A stretch of 32,000 bases of DNA from contig NZ_CP011304.1 in assembly GCF_000981785.2 (NCBI RefSeq), positions 540,001-572,000 on the forward strand, written 5' to 3'. The first letter of the stretch is position 1, and each line of letters begins with the position of its first letter. A program made the position numbers and the translations under genes. Source of the stretch: Microcystis aeruginosa NIES-2549. Lineage in GTDB: Bacteria > Cyanobacteriota > Cyanobacteriia > Cyanobacteriales > Microcystaceae. The notes below the pieces were generated by a model. It was given only the letters and a program-made list of their open reading frames with translations, ran no database searches and was not told where the DNA came from. Below are positions 15,911 through 23,778 of the stretch, in pieces.

Positions 15911-17473
15911 ATGAAAATCAAGCAAAATTTCCTAACAGCAGCGATATTACTGGGTTTTTCTGGTCCGGTACTGGCTAATAGTCTCGAAAACCTCTCTAGT
16001 AACCCCATGGCACAGGTAACAAGTGTCAATCAATTGCGGGATGTTTCTCCCACCGCCTGGGCGTTTGAGGCCTTAAGAAGTCTCGTGGAGAGGTATGGTT
16101 GTATAGTAGGTTATCCTGACCGCACTTTTCGCGGTGAACGCGCTTTAACTCGTTGGGAATTTGCCGCCGGGTTGAATTCCTGCTTAAATACCCTGGAAAG
16201 ATTGATTCAAGAAGGAGTAGCGGTATTAAAAGAAGATCTAGACAGAATCAAGCGATTAGTCAAGGAATTCGAGACAGAATTAGCGGCATTAGGGGCTAGA
16301 GTTGATAACTTAGAGAATCGAGTCGCTTTTCTGGAAAATAATCAATTTTCCACCACTACTAAATTAACCGGGGAAGTGGTGATGGCATTATATGGGGTAG
16401 CCACAGGAGAAAAAAACGGTGGTGAAGGAATTCCCCAAGTACCAGCTTTTGGTTATCGGGCCCGTTTAGAATTAAATACTAGCTTCACAGGCAAAGATTT
16501 ACTCTATACCCGTCTAGCAACGGGAAATATTGCCGATTTAGCCGATACTACCGGAACTTTTGCCAGTACCTTAGCCTTTACCCAACCGGACGGCAACGAT
16601 TTATTGGTAGAAGTTTTAAACTACAGTTTCCCCCTAACGGAAAATATCCAACTCTGGTTAGAAGCGACGGGAGGTGCTAAAGATGACTTTACCAATACCC
16701 TCAACTTTTTGGATGGAGATGGTGCTAGTGGGGCGCTTTCCGCTTTTGGTACTCGCAATCCCCTTTATTTTGCTCCCGGACAAACTGGACTCGGTTTACA
16801 GGGTAATTATGGGGCTTTCCAATTCAGCGCCGGTTATCTTGCCGGGGATGCTAACGATCCTAACCCGGGAGCGGGTTTATTTAACGGTTCCTATACTGCC
16901 CTAGGGCAGCTGGGTTATGTTCCAAACGATAATTTTGGCATTGCTTTATCCTACTTTCATGGTTATAACCAATTAGACACGGGGACGGGAAGTCAGCGCT
17001 CGAATTTCCGATTTTTCACCGAAGAACTATTCGGGGAGGCTGTCCCGACCATTAATAATAGCTTGGGTTTACAATTTACTTGGCGAATTGTCGATGGTTT
17101 TGTCCTCGGTGGTTGGGGTGGTTACACAAAAGCTATCACCCTTAGCACCTTAGATGGACAACTAGAACGCGGGGATTTAGATATCTGGAATTGGGCGGTA
17201 ACTTTGGCTTTTCCTGATTTATTTAAGGAAGGAAATACGGCCGGTATTATTGTTGGTATGCAGCCTTGGGTATCTAGTTCTAGTATTAGATTAAATGATG
17301 GTAGTTCCACTAATGATCCCGATACGTCCTTTCATATCGAAGGATTTTATGAGTGGAAACTCACCGATAATATTGCCCTCACTCCGGGGGTAATCGTGAT
17401 TACTTCTCCTAACTCAAATAACAACAATTCCACCTTAGTTATCGGTACTATCCGCACGACTTTTACTTTCTGA
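15911..17473 (+). CDS. SLH-domain / OprB-family outer-membrane porin (cyanobacterial iron-uptake-porin type)
   Basis: 520 aa. Signal peptide. SLH motif: DVSPTAWAFEALRSLVERYGCIVGYPDRTFRGERALTRWEFAAGLN. Coiled-coil linker. Beta-barrel-like C-terminal half ending in TFTF. Confidence 0.85.
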   Translation: MKIKQNFLTAAILLGFSGPVLANSLENLSSNPMAQVTSVNQLRDVSPTAWAFEALRSLVERYGCIVGYPDRTFRGERALTRWEFAAGLNSCLNTLERLIQEGVAVLKEDLDRIKRLVKEFETELAALGARVDNLENRVAFLENNQFSTTTKLTGEVVMALYGVATGEKNGGEGIPQVPAFGYRARLELNTSFTGKDLLYTRLATGNIADLADTTGTFASTLAFTQPDGNDLLVEVLNYSFPLTENIQLWLEATGGAKDDFTNTLNFLDGDGASGALSAFGTRNPLYFAPGQTGLGLQGNYGAFQFSAGYLAGDANDPNPGAGLFNGSYTALGQLGYVPNDNFGIALSYFHGYNQLDTGTGSQRSNFRFFTEELFGEAVPTINNSLGLQFTWRIVDGFVLGGWGGYTKAITLSTLDGQLERGDLDIWNWAVTLAFPDLFKEGNTAGIIVGMQPWVSSSSIRLNDGSSTNDPDTSFHIEGFYEWKLTDNIALTPGVIVITSPNSNNNNSTLVIGTIRTTFTF

Positions 17474-17500
17474 TTTGTCTAGGCAGCCAGTCAGAAATAA

Positions 17501-17532
17501 AGATAAAGTATGACGGGATTTGACCTCATCTC
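17501..17532 (+). repeat. 32-nt dispersed repeat, copy 1 (copy 2 at 23387-23418)
   Basis: agataaagtatgacgggatttgacctcatctc versus agatgaagtgtgacgggatttggcatcatccc: 27/32 identical, same orientation. Confidence 0.7.
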
Positions 17533-17709
17533 TCGACGACTGGCTGCTGTTCCTGCGTTTCGCACTCTCAACTAACTAAATTAAGGGGGCATTTATGGTA
17601 TTTTTAGAGGCAATTTAGCCGACTTTTGTGGTTTCTTTTTCAGTGGATTTAGAGGGTTTTAGTTTATGCTTGATGGTTGAAGCTGCGCTAGAGCCGAAGG
17701 TGACGATAC

Positions 17710-18072
17710 TCAAACTGTTATTTTTTGTACTGTAGATTTTTTGGTTATTTCCTTAGGATGTCTGAACAATTGACCTTCATTTTGGTAGAAAACTTCATAA
17801 TCTGGTGCCAGTTCAAGACATAACTGTTTCCATAAACTAATTCCTTCTTGTTTAAAATCCATTTCAGCTTGCTGATTAGGAAAATCTGATAAAGGTGGAT
17901 AGTCTTGATTTAAAGTCTTATCGTAAGTATCCTGCCATGGGTTTAAACGCTGAATAGTTTCTTTACTTAATGGTAATTCTTCAGGAGTAATGTTATCAAT
18001 TTCATCTACTCCCCAAAGTGGGTAACTTCCATAATCTGCCCAAAGTTTGATTCTGATTGCCATAACTATCAT
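17710..18072 (-). CDS. Hypothetical small protein (family not recognised)
   Basis: 120-aa ORF in an AT-rich region. MAIRIKLWADYGSYPLWGVDE...LPLSKETIQRLNPWQDTY. Coding status is plausible but there is no motif I can name. Met4 (18063) is an alternative start. Confidence 0.45.
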   Translation of the reverse strand: MIVMAIRIKLWADYGSYPLWGVDEIDNITPEELPLSKETIQRLNPWQDTYDKTLNQDYPPLSDFPNQQAEMDFKQEGISLWKQLCLELAPDYEVFYQNEGQLFRHPKEITKKSTVQKITV

Positions 18073-18101
18073 TCCTGAATCAGTTTATTAATTAATCGAG
18101 C

Positions 18102-18227
18102 CGTAGGTTGGGTTGAGCTATCATTATTGCTCAGGTATTACCCATCGGCTCAAAAGGCGAAACCCAACAAAAATTGTGAAAATATTCGAGGAAGTTGTTG
18201 GGTTTCCTTGCGTCAACCCAACCTACG
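18102..18227. repeat. MITE-like pair of inverted GTTGGGTT/AACCCAAC hairpin repeats
   Basis: cgtaggttgggttgagc...gcgaaacccaacaa at 18102-18170. The inverse unit ttgttgggtttccttgcgtcaacccaacctacg is at 18195-18227. This is a dispersed repeat type common in cyanobacterial genomes. Confidence 0.65.
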
Positions 18228-18465
18228 TTCTAATGCTCCGAGTAACAATTCCATAACACCCGATATTACTATCGATAATGGATCAGAACCAGAAATAGTC
18301 TATTCTCTTGAAGGATTTTCCCATCAGGAAATGAAACTATTAACAGACCTATCACTCTCTAGCATTCGGAGTAAAGCCAGTCGAGGGAAGGTGATTACAG
18401 CCAAGGATGGTTTTACCTACCTTTATGACAAAAATCCTGAGATATTAAAGTGGCTCAGAACTTAA
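18127..18465 (+). CDS. Doubtful ORF. The 5' third is the translated MITE repeat; only the C-terminal part (e.g. from ATG 18331) may be a real small protein
   Basis: The N-terminal ...SCWVSLRQPNLRS is encoded by the repeat. The C-terminal MKLLTDLSLSSIRSKASRGKVITAKDGFTYLYDKNPEILKWLRT is loosely HTH-like. A hairpin containing HIP1 (18482-18505) follows. Confidence 0.25.
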   Translation: MLRYYPSAQKAKPNKNCENIRGSCWVSLRQPNLRSNAPSNNSITPDITIDNGSEPEIVYSLEGFSHQEMKLLTDLSLSSIRSKASRGKVITAKDGFTYLYDKNPEILKWLRT

Positions 18466-18578
18466 CTTTAAATGACTCTAACAAAGGGGCGATCGCGCCT
18501 CTTTGAACTAAATTTGGTTTTTCTTGTGTTAAGTAGCTGGTTATAATTAGGGTTTGGTTAATTTTTTAGTATTTTTGC

Positions 18579-21500
18579 TTAGGGTAAGTCCAGATATTCT
18601 TGTTCTGTTAGGGCAAATTCTGGATCAATGATTTTTACTTCATTATAGGTGAGTTGATAGAGTTTGTAAACTAAGTGATCAATCTGCTTTTCTAATTCGC
18701 TTGTGTCAGCAGTAGGATCAGATTTTTTAGCGGCGAGAATTTTGTCAACTAAATTGATAAAAGCTGATTGGTTTTTAGTTTTCTTAATTGGTAAAGACGA
18801 CAATTCATAAATTCTAATCTCAGGAAATGTTATATCTTGCCTGTTATATTTTTTCCTAAAATAGAATGCTATTAACTTTGAGTTAATAATTCCTAAAAGA
18901 TATTTTGTAAGTGACTGATCATGTGGTTTTACTATTTGCAATAGCTGGCTAGTTACAAAATCACCATTAGTGTAACAAGCAATAAGCTTTTCTCCAACAA
19001 TTCGCCTTACCAATATTCTTTCTCCTTCAAAGAGAGAAATATCTCTTGGAGCAGCAAGATTTGAGCCGTATTTGAGCCATCTATTTTTCCAAGAAATCAA
19101 ATATGTGTTGATATCTTTTCCTTCTAAATATGGTCTATATGTGTTATCTACCTTAAAGTCAGCTTCAAATATTTTATTTTGGGCATCTTCTTTTTTCTGT
19201 TTTGGATTTCCCTTACCTGTCTCATAGATTTTTATACCAAATTTTACGATGGCAATCTCTGCTAATATTTGACTGTCACTTTCTATCTTATTTCTTAAAA
19301 GAATATCGTTTTTATTGGCATCAATATTAATAATTTTTAAATCATCTTGCGCCCAGTTATCCTGACTCATGATACACTTAGTAACAAGAGGATAATTGTC
19401 TTCTACACTGGGAACTAAAATTTCAGTTTGATTTGTAGTAGCCGTTTTTTTCTGAATTAATGTGATTACTGGTAAGACTGTAGCATCTTCAAAAACTTTG
19501 GTTTTAGAATAATCAACTATTTTTAATATTTTTAATTTGAGAAGTATTCCCCTAATTAATAAATTTTTCTGGTTGTTTAACCATGTATTTGGCGTGATAT
19601 AGCCAATTAAGTCTTTACTTAATTTTGTAGCCAATTCCCAAAACAAGATATAAGCATCAAATTGATACTCTGCACCTTTATAGGTATTCAAATAATAGTT
19701 AAATTCAGATTTTCCTAATCCCCATTCTCTACCTCCTATATAAGGAGGATTCCCAATCACCACATCAAACCCGACAAAATCCCCGTCATCATTCAACACT
19801 TCAGGAAACTCAAACCGCCATTCTAAAGCATTATCATACAGCCTACCGCTTTCAATATCTGCAATTTCAGCAGTTAGCTTATCAATCTCATTATTTAACT
19901 TAGTTACTTTTTTCTCCCGCGCTTTTTGCTCCGTCTTAGTCTCCTCAAACAATAAACCCTGATTTTCCAGATTATAAAGTTCCCCTTGTAATTGACGTAA
20001 CTTCACCTTCTTAGGATCACTAATTAATAAATTAGCACTAAAACCAGCCTTAATCTGAGCAATCAGCGTTTCCATCTCCCGCTTTTGTTCCTTATTTTCC
20101 GCATTGCGATAAGTCTGTACCGCATTGCGATATTCCTCAATACTAAACTTCTGCTTCTGTAAAACCTGTTTAACATCCACATCCAAAGCAAAGCGACTAA
20201 TCAAAGAATTACCACACTTGATATTAATATCAATATTTGGCAAAGTTTCTAAATTGCCATCCTCTCGATAATAAGCATTCTTTAAAAGCTCAATCCATAA
20301 CCGCAACTGACAAATCGTCACGGAATTAGGGTTAATATCCACCCCAAATAAACACCCTTCGATAATCGTCTGTTTCTCATGAAATAAGGCTTGCTGTACC
20401 CGTTGCTTTTCTTTATTATTCGGATGATAAGCAAATAAACTCCCCTCATCATCATAAACCAATAACTTATCGTTTCGCACCTCTACCCGATAATCTTTTA
20501 GCGACTTACCCGAACTATCTAATAAAACCCGTAACTCACTCTTAATCGCGATTATCTCATTCAAAGCTGAAACTAAAAAATGTCCTGAACCCACGGCCGG
20601 ATCGCAAATCTTCAGGCTATTAATAATAGTATTCGCCTCTCTTTTGTCCTCAATTCGTTCATATAAATTATCCAAACTTTGACAATTCCAGCCTTTTACT
20701 TCATTAAACTTCTGCACGATCGCTCTTCGTATCGTTTCCCGACACATATACATGGTAATAAAACTCGGCGTATAAAAAGAACCGTCCTTATAACCATTAA
20801 TCTTTTCAAAAATTAACCCCAACACCGAAGCATTAATTAACTTTTCGCTATCTTCTTGAGGATTTTCTAACTCATCTCGATCGAATTTATAAGCATCCAA
20901 AAACTCAAACAAATAAGCCAACGCATTTAACTCGCCTACTCGCTTATTACCCTGATTATCTTTTAGCACCGTACCTGCAAAAATGGGTAAAGTTCGCTCC
21001 CGCAAATTGCCAATAAAAATCGTTTGGTCTTCCGTCTCCGTTGGTAGAAATAGCGAACTATTTAAATAAGGTACATGAGCAAAAATCGTTTTAACCTTAG
21101 CCTCGCGCTTATTTTTCTCCTTGGCTAACACATCAAAAAACAAACTATCGAGATCACTATAACTGGGAACTTTCGCCAAATTGAGAAAAGCAAAATCTCG
21201 ATCGCCTTGATGATATTTAATTAATTGCGCTTCCAATAGTTTGAGAAATAAAACCCGATTAATCCAATTAATTGATAACCGCAACGCCACATTAAAAAGC
21301 CGTTCTTCATCTGTAGTTCCAAACTCTTCAGTTAATTTTGAAGTCTTATCTAGACTATCCAACCGACTAATCGCATTTTCAATTAGGGAACCATCACAGC
21401 GATCGCCTTCTTTCATTCGTCCGATTAACTTCTTCCCTTTTTCCTTAATTTCCGTCAAACCAATAATATACAAAAGCTCATTATAAAAAGGCTTATTTAA

Positions 21501-22214
21501 AGTATTACTGTCATTAACAAAAGGTAACTTAAGTAAATGTTCTGGTGAAAGAATCTTGTAAATATCAAGCAAATCTAAATTTTCCAGATCTCGCAGATCA
21601 AAATGAGTAAACTTAATTTGCTCAATAACTTTAGTGATCGCTGGTTCGGCAATTTGTTGATAGAAAAAATCCGTTTTTGTACTACTCAGTCTCCCTGCTT
21701 CAAAATCGCAAAACTGGTTAACTAGAGCCTTATTAGCAAAAAACAACTCCTCAAAAATCTTCGCATCGAAAATAAACCACTCATAAATATTTGTCACGAT
21801 CAAGTGTTTAATCTCAAGATTTTTATCCGTCACCCTTTCGCGGAGAAAATATAAAACTAACTGCTGAAAAGCCTTGGTATTGAGATTATCCAGTCTTGGC
21901 ATTTCTGCATTTATTGTCCGAGTAGGCTTCTTAGTCTCAAAAATGACCCCCACTGGACTTTTAACATCCTGGTTATTATGAATCACCAGATCAATGCGCT
22001 CTTTTGTATTGATAAAATAGCGATCGGTATAATAGGTATTTTTTAAAAAATCTATCAGCAAATTTTTATTAAACTCTTCCGACTTTTTGCTGTCACATTG
22101 CTCCAACAAGCGCGCCAAATTAGCTTGAAAAACCTGAATTGTTTCAGCCTCAGGCTTGATTTTTAAGTACACCCGATTTAAGGCTTGCTTGAGTTCTCGC
22201 TTATTGACGATCAT
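18579..22214 (-). CDS. Type IIG restriction-modification enzyme: N-terminal PD-(D/E)XK nuclease, gamma-class N6-adenine DNA methyltransferase, and C-terminal target-recognition domain (Eco57I/MmeI-like)
   Basis: 1211 aa. Nuclease-like RIDLVIH...VGVIFETKKP (D...ExK). SAM motif I: ICDPAVGSGHFLVSAL. Catalytic motif IV: VVIGNPPYIGG. Long C-terminal TRD-like region. The gene is visibly more AT-rich than its neighbours. Confidence 0.8.
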   Translation of the reverse strand: MIVNKRELKQALNRVYLKIKPEAETIQVFQANLARLLEQCDSKKSEEFNKNLLIDFLKNTYYTDRYFINTKERIDLVIHNNQDVKSPVGVIFETKKPTRTINAEMPRLDNLNTKAFQQLVLYFLRERVTDKNLEIKHLIVTNIYEWFIFDAKIFEELFFANKALVNQFCDFEAGRLSSTKTDFFYQQIAEPAITKVIEQIKFTHFDLRDLENLDLLDIYKILSPEHLLKLPFVNDSNTLNKPFYNELLYIIGLTEIKEKGKKLIGRMKEGDRCDGSLIENAISRLDSLDKTSKLTEEFGTTDEERLFNVALRLSINWINRVLFLKLLEAQLIKYHQGDRDFAFLNLAKVPSYSDLDSLFFDVLAKEKNKREAKVKTIFAHVPYLNSSLFLPTETEDQTIFIGNLRERTLPIFAGTVLKDNQGNKRVGELNALAYLFEFLDAYKFDRDELENPQEDSEKLINASVLGLIFEKINGYKDGSFYTPSFITMYMCRETIRRAIVQKFNEVKGWNCQSLDNLYERIEDKREANTIINSLKICDPAVGSGHFLVSALNEIIAIKSELRVLLDSSGKSLKDYRVEVRNDKLLVYDDEGSLFAYHPNNKEKQRVQQALFHEKQTIIEGCLFGVDINPNSVTICQLRLWIELLKNAYYREDGNLETLPNIDINIKCGNSLISRFALDVDVKQVLQKQKFSIEEYRNAVQTYRNAENKEQKREMETLIAQIKAGFSANLLISDPKKVKLRQLQGELYNLENQGLLFEETKTEQKAREKKVTKLNNEIDKLTAEIADIESGRLYDNALEWRFEFPEVLNDDGDFVGFDVVIGNPPYIGGREWGLGKSEFNYYLNTYKGAEYQFDAYILFWELATKLSKDLIGYITPNTWLNNQKNLLIRGILLKLKILKIVDYSKTKVFEDATVLPVITLIQKKTATTNQTEILVPSVEDNYPLVTKCIMSQDNWAQDDLKIINIDANKNDILLRNKIESDSQILAEIAIVKFGIKIYETGKGNPKQKKEDAQNKIFEADFKVDNTYRPYLEGKDINTYLISWKNRWLKYGSNLAAPRDISLFEGERILVRRIVGEKLIACYTNGDFVTSQLLQIVKPHDQSLTKYLLGIINSKLIAFYFRKKYNRQDITFPEIRIYELSSLPIKKTKNQSAFINLVDKILAAKKSDPTADTSELEKQIDHLVYKLYQLTYNEVKIIDPEFALTEQEYLDLP

Positions 22215-22386
22215 AAAAGTTTACCTCTAGGGAAACTACCGATTTTATTATAGCATTGCCAAATGATCGGTTAAAATAGAAGGATAAAAGTTGCAATCGA
22301 GGTAATCCGTCGAAGTAAGGAATTTCTAACAGCAATGGGGAAAAAATCCCCCGTCACAGCCTAGCTTGACGGGGGGAGTATGTCAC
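22215..22386 (+). mobile_element. Solo IS200/IS605-type right end / TnpB-type omega-RNA-like fragment
   Basis: Hairpin cccccgtca-(10 nt)-tgacggggg at 22348-22375 (plus a t47-g76 wobble), then agtatgTCAC ending at 22386, 10 nt after the foot. The preceding aaggaatttctaacagcaatgg...aaaatccc aligns with ccagaaattctcagcagtgatg...agaatcca at 14970-15012. No tnpB ORF is present. Confidence 0.4.
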
Positions 22387-23126
22387 TGTTGCAATGCTTT
22401 TAAGAAGCGTCCCATAGTGGCAAATAAACCCGACTTTTTGGCTTTATTAGCAGGATTAGAACTATCATTAGGATTATTACTAGAAGCTTTCAGAATCAGA
22501 TTTTCTAAAGCTTCGCCCATGGGTTTAGTGGATTGTTCGGAAATTAACTCGTAACCGTCTTCTTTTTCTAGCCAAACTTGCCACATGGAAGGATAGGAAC
22601 GATAAACGATCGCTGATTCCAAGGGACGAAAATAATAACAACTTTCTAGGGTACTTAAAAATCTTTCTCGCAATTGTCGGGCTGCGTAACCGATACCCAC
22701 TACCGATACATCTTCCAATTGAGGAATTAGAAGAACTACGGGGCGATCTTCGGCAAGGTAACAGAGTTTTTCTACGGAATTAATCTCCACCGAGGAGGGA
22801 CAAACAACTAAAAAAACTTCATCTTCGGGCTTAATTTTGTTTTCGACAGGAATAAAACGACTACCTAAATCTCCCAGTTGAAAAACTGTTTCTCCCCAAT
22901 CCCGTCGAGCTAACATGGCGGCCCCGGTATCGGGAAAAATTACCCTTAAACCAGAACCATAACTGTCAAAAATAGAGGCAAAATCAAGGGCTAAAGCTTG
23001 CGCTTGTAGAGCAATTTCTGGGATAACTAATTCCACTTGTAGGCGTCTAGCTCCCGATTCTAGAGCCAGTTGGGTGGCGGCTTTCGCTTGCAGGATGGTT
23101 TCTTCTAGGGAATTGGGTAGGGTCAT
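22383..23126 (-). CDS. DUF1995-family protein (conserved in cyanobacteria and chloroplasts)
   Basis: 247 aa. LEETILQAKAATQLALESGARRLQVELVIPE...VFLVVCPS pattern is typical of DUF1995. Its stop codon (TGA, 22385-22383) lies inside the GTATGTCA motif of the adjacent right-end-like module. Confidence 0.65.
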   Translation of the reverse strand: MTLPNSLEETILQAKAATQLALESGARRLQVELVIPEIALQAQALALDFASIFDSYGSGLRVIFPDTGAAMLARRDWGETVFQLGDLGSRFIPVENKIKPEDEVFLVVCPSSVEINSVEKLCYLAEDRPVVLLIPQLEDVSVVGIGYAARQLRERFLSTLESCYYFRPLESAIVYRSYPSMWQVWLEKEDGYELISEQSTKPMGEALENLILKASSNNPNDSSNPANKAKKSGLFATMGRFLKALQQ

Positions 23127-23128
23127 TT

Positions 23129-23170
23129 CAGTTATCAGTTATCAGTTATCAGTTATCAGTTATCAGTGAC
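23129..23170. repeat. Heptamer tandem repeat (GTTATCA)x5 in the 5' leader of the DUF1995 gene
   Basis: cagttatcagttatcagttatcagttatcagttatcagtgac begins 3 nt upstream of the ATG at 23126. Confidence 0.9.
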
Positions 23171-23223
23171 TACCTCTGGTCGTCGGTGACTTAAAATCAG
23201 AAAGATTTTAATTTTTATAAAAG

Positions 23224-23379
23224 GTAGGGTTGATTCATAGTAGGGTTGATTCATAGTAGGGTTGATTCATAGTAGGGTTGATTCATAGTAGGGTTGATTC
23301 ATAGTAGGGTTGATTCATAGTAGGGTTGATTCATAGTAGGGTTGATTCATAGTAGGGTTGATTCATGAATCAACCCTAC
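23224..23379. repeat. 16-bp tandem repeat (GTAGGGTTGATTCATA x8, plus a 9th variant) ending in a 28-nt perfect palindrome
   Basis: Eight identical head-to-tail units lie at 23224-23351. The ninth unit runs into gtagggttgattcatgaatcaaccctac (23352-23379), which is perfectly self-complementary. Confidence 0.95.
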
Positions 23380-23386
23380 CCTTAAT

Positions 23387-23418
23387 AGATGAAGTGTGAC
23401 GGGATTTGGCATCATCCC
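23387..23418 (+). repeat. 32-nt dispersed repeat, copy 2 (copy 1 at 17501-17532)
   Basis: 27/32 identity to 17501-17532. It is flanked by cttaat/attaag (23381-86 and 23423-28). Confidence 0.7.
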
Positions 23419-23500
23419 CAGCATTAAGATAACTCCTATAAAATACCTTTAGTTTTTAACAGGAAAGTCGGTAATCGGGGAAAAGGTGAAGAGAGAAAGC

Positions 23501-23773
23501 TTAGGAAAGCTGATAGGGGCCGTGACGTTGGGCATAATAATCGAGAATTGCCGTGACCAGAGTGCGATCGCTTTCCTGAAAAGTCTCAGTATAGTTAATT
23601 TCGAGACTACCGATCTGACTTTGATGATAATCGAATTGTTGGAACTGCTGGGCAGTTAGATGGGTTTCCACACCCTGAACCTGTTGTAAATGGCTGGCCA
23701 ACTCTCGATAGATAGCCAAGGGCATTTGCGGATAAATAATGGTTTGTTTTTGTTGAATAGCAATCGATCGCAC
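23501..23773 (-). CDS. Hypothetical small protein, probably co-transcribed with the upstream lipoprotein gene
   Basis: 90-aa ORF starting 5 nt after the stop of 23779-24570. No recognisable motif. Confidence 0.5.
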   Translation of the reverse strand: MRSIAIQQKQTIIYPQMPLAIYRELASHLQQVQGVETHLTAQQFQQFDYHQSQIGSLEINYTETFQESDRTLVTAILDYYAQRHGPYQLS

Positions 23774-23778
23774 GGGTT

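Noticed and set aside
17501-17546. tRNA gene or tRNA-derived att site (gacgggatttga resembles the complement of a tRNA T-arm/acceptor)
   Set aside because: No cloverleaf can be drawn. The T-stem halves are not complementary and no acceptor/CCA context is present. The same applies to 23387-23418 and to ggttcgactctc at 29409-29420.
18579-22214. BREX PglX methyltransferase
   Set aside because: The size and methyltransferase motifs are compatible. However, no brxA/B/C, pglZ or brxL genes lie in the flanks, and the N-terminus carries a D…ExK nuclease-like motif. A stand-alone type IIG enzyme is the simpler reading.
23224-23379. CRISPR array
   Set aside because: The 16-bp units are directly abutting with no spacers, the unit is too short, and no cas genes are nearby.
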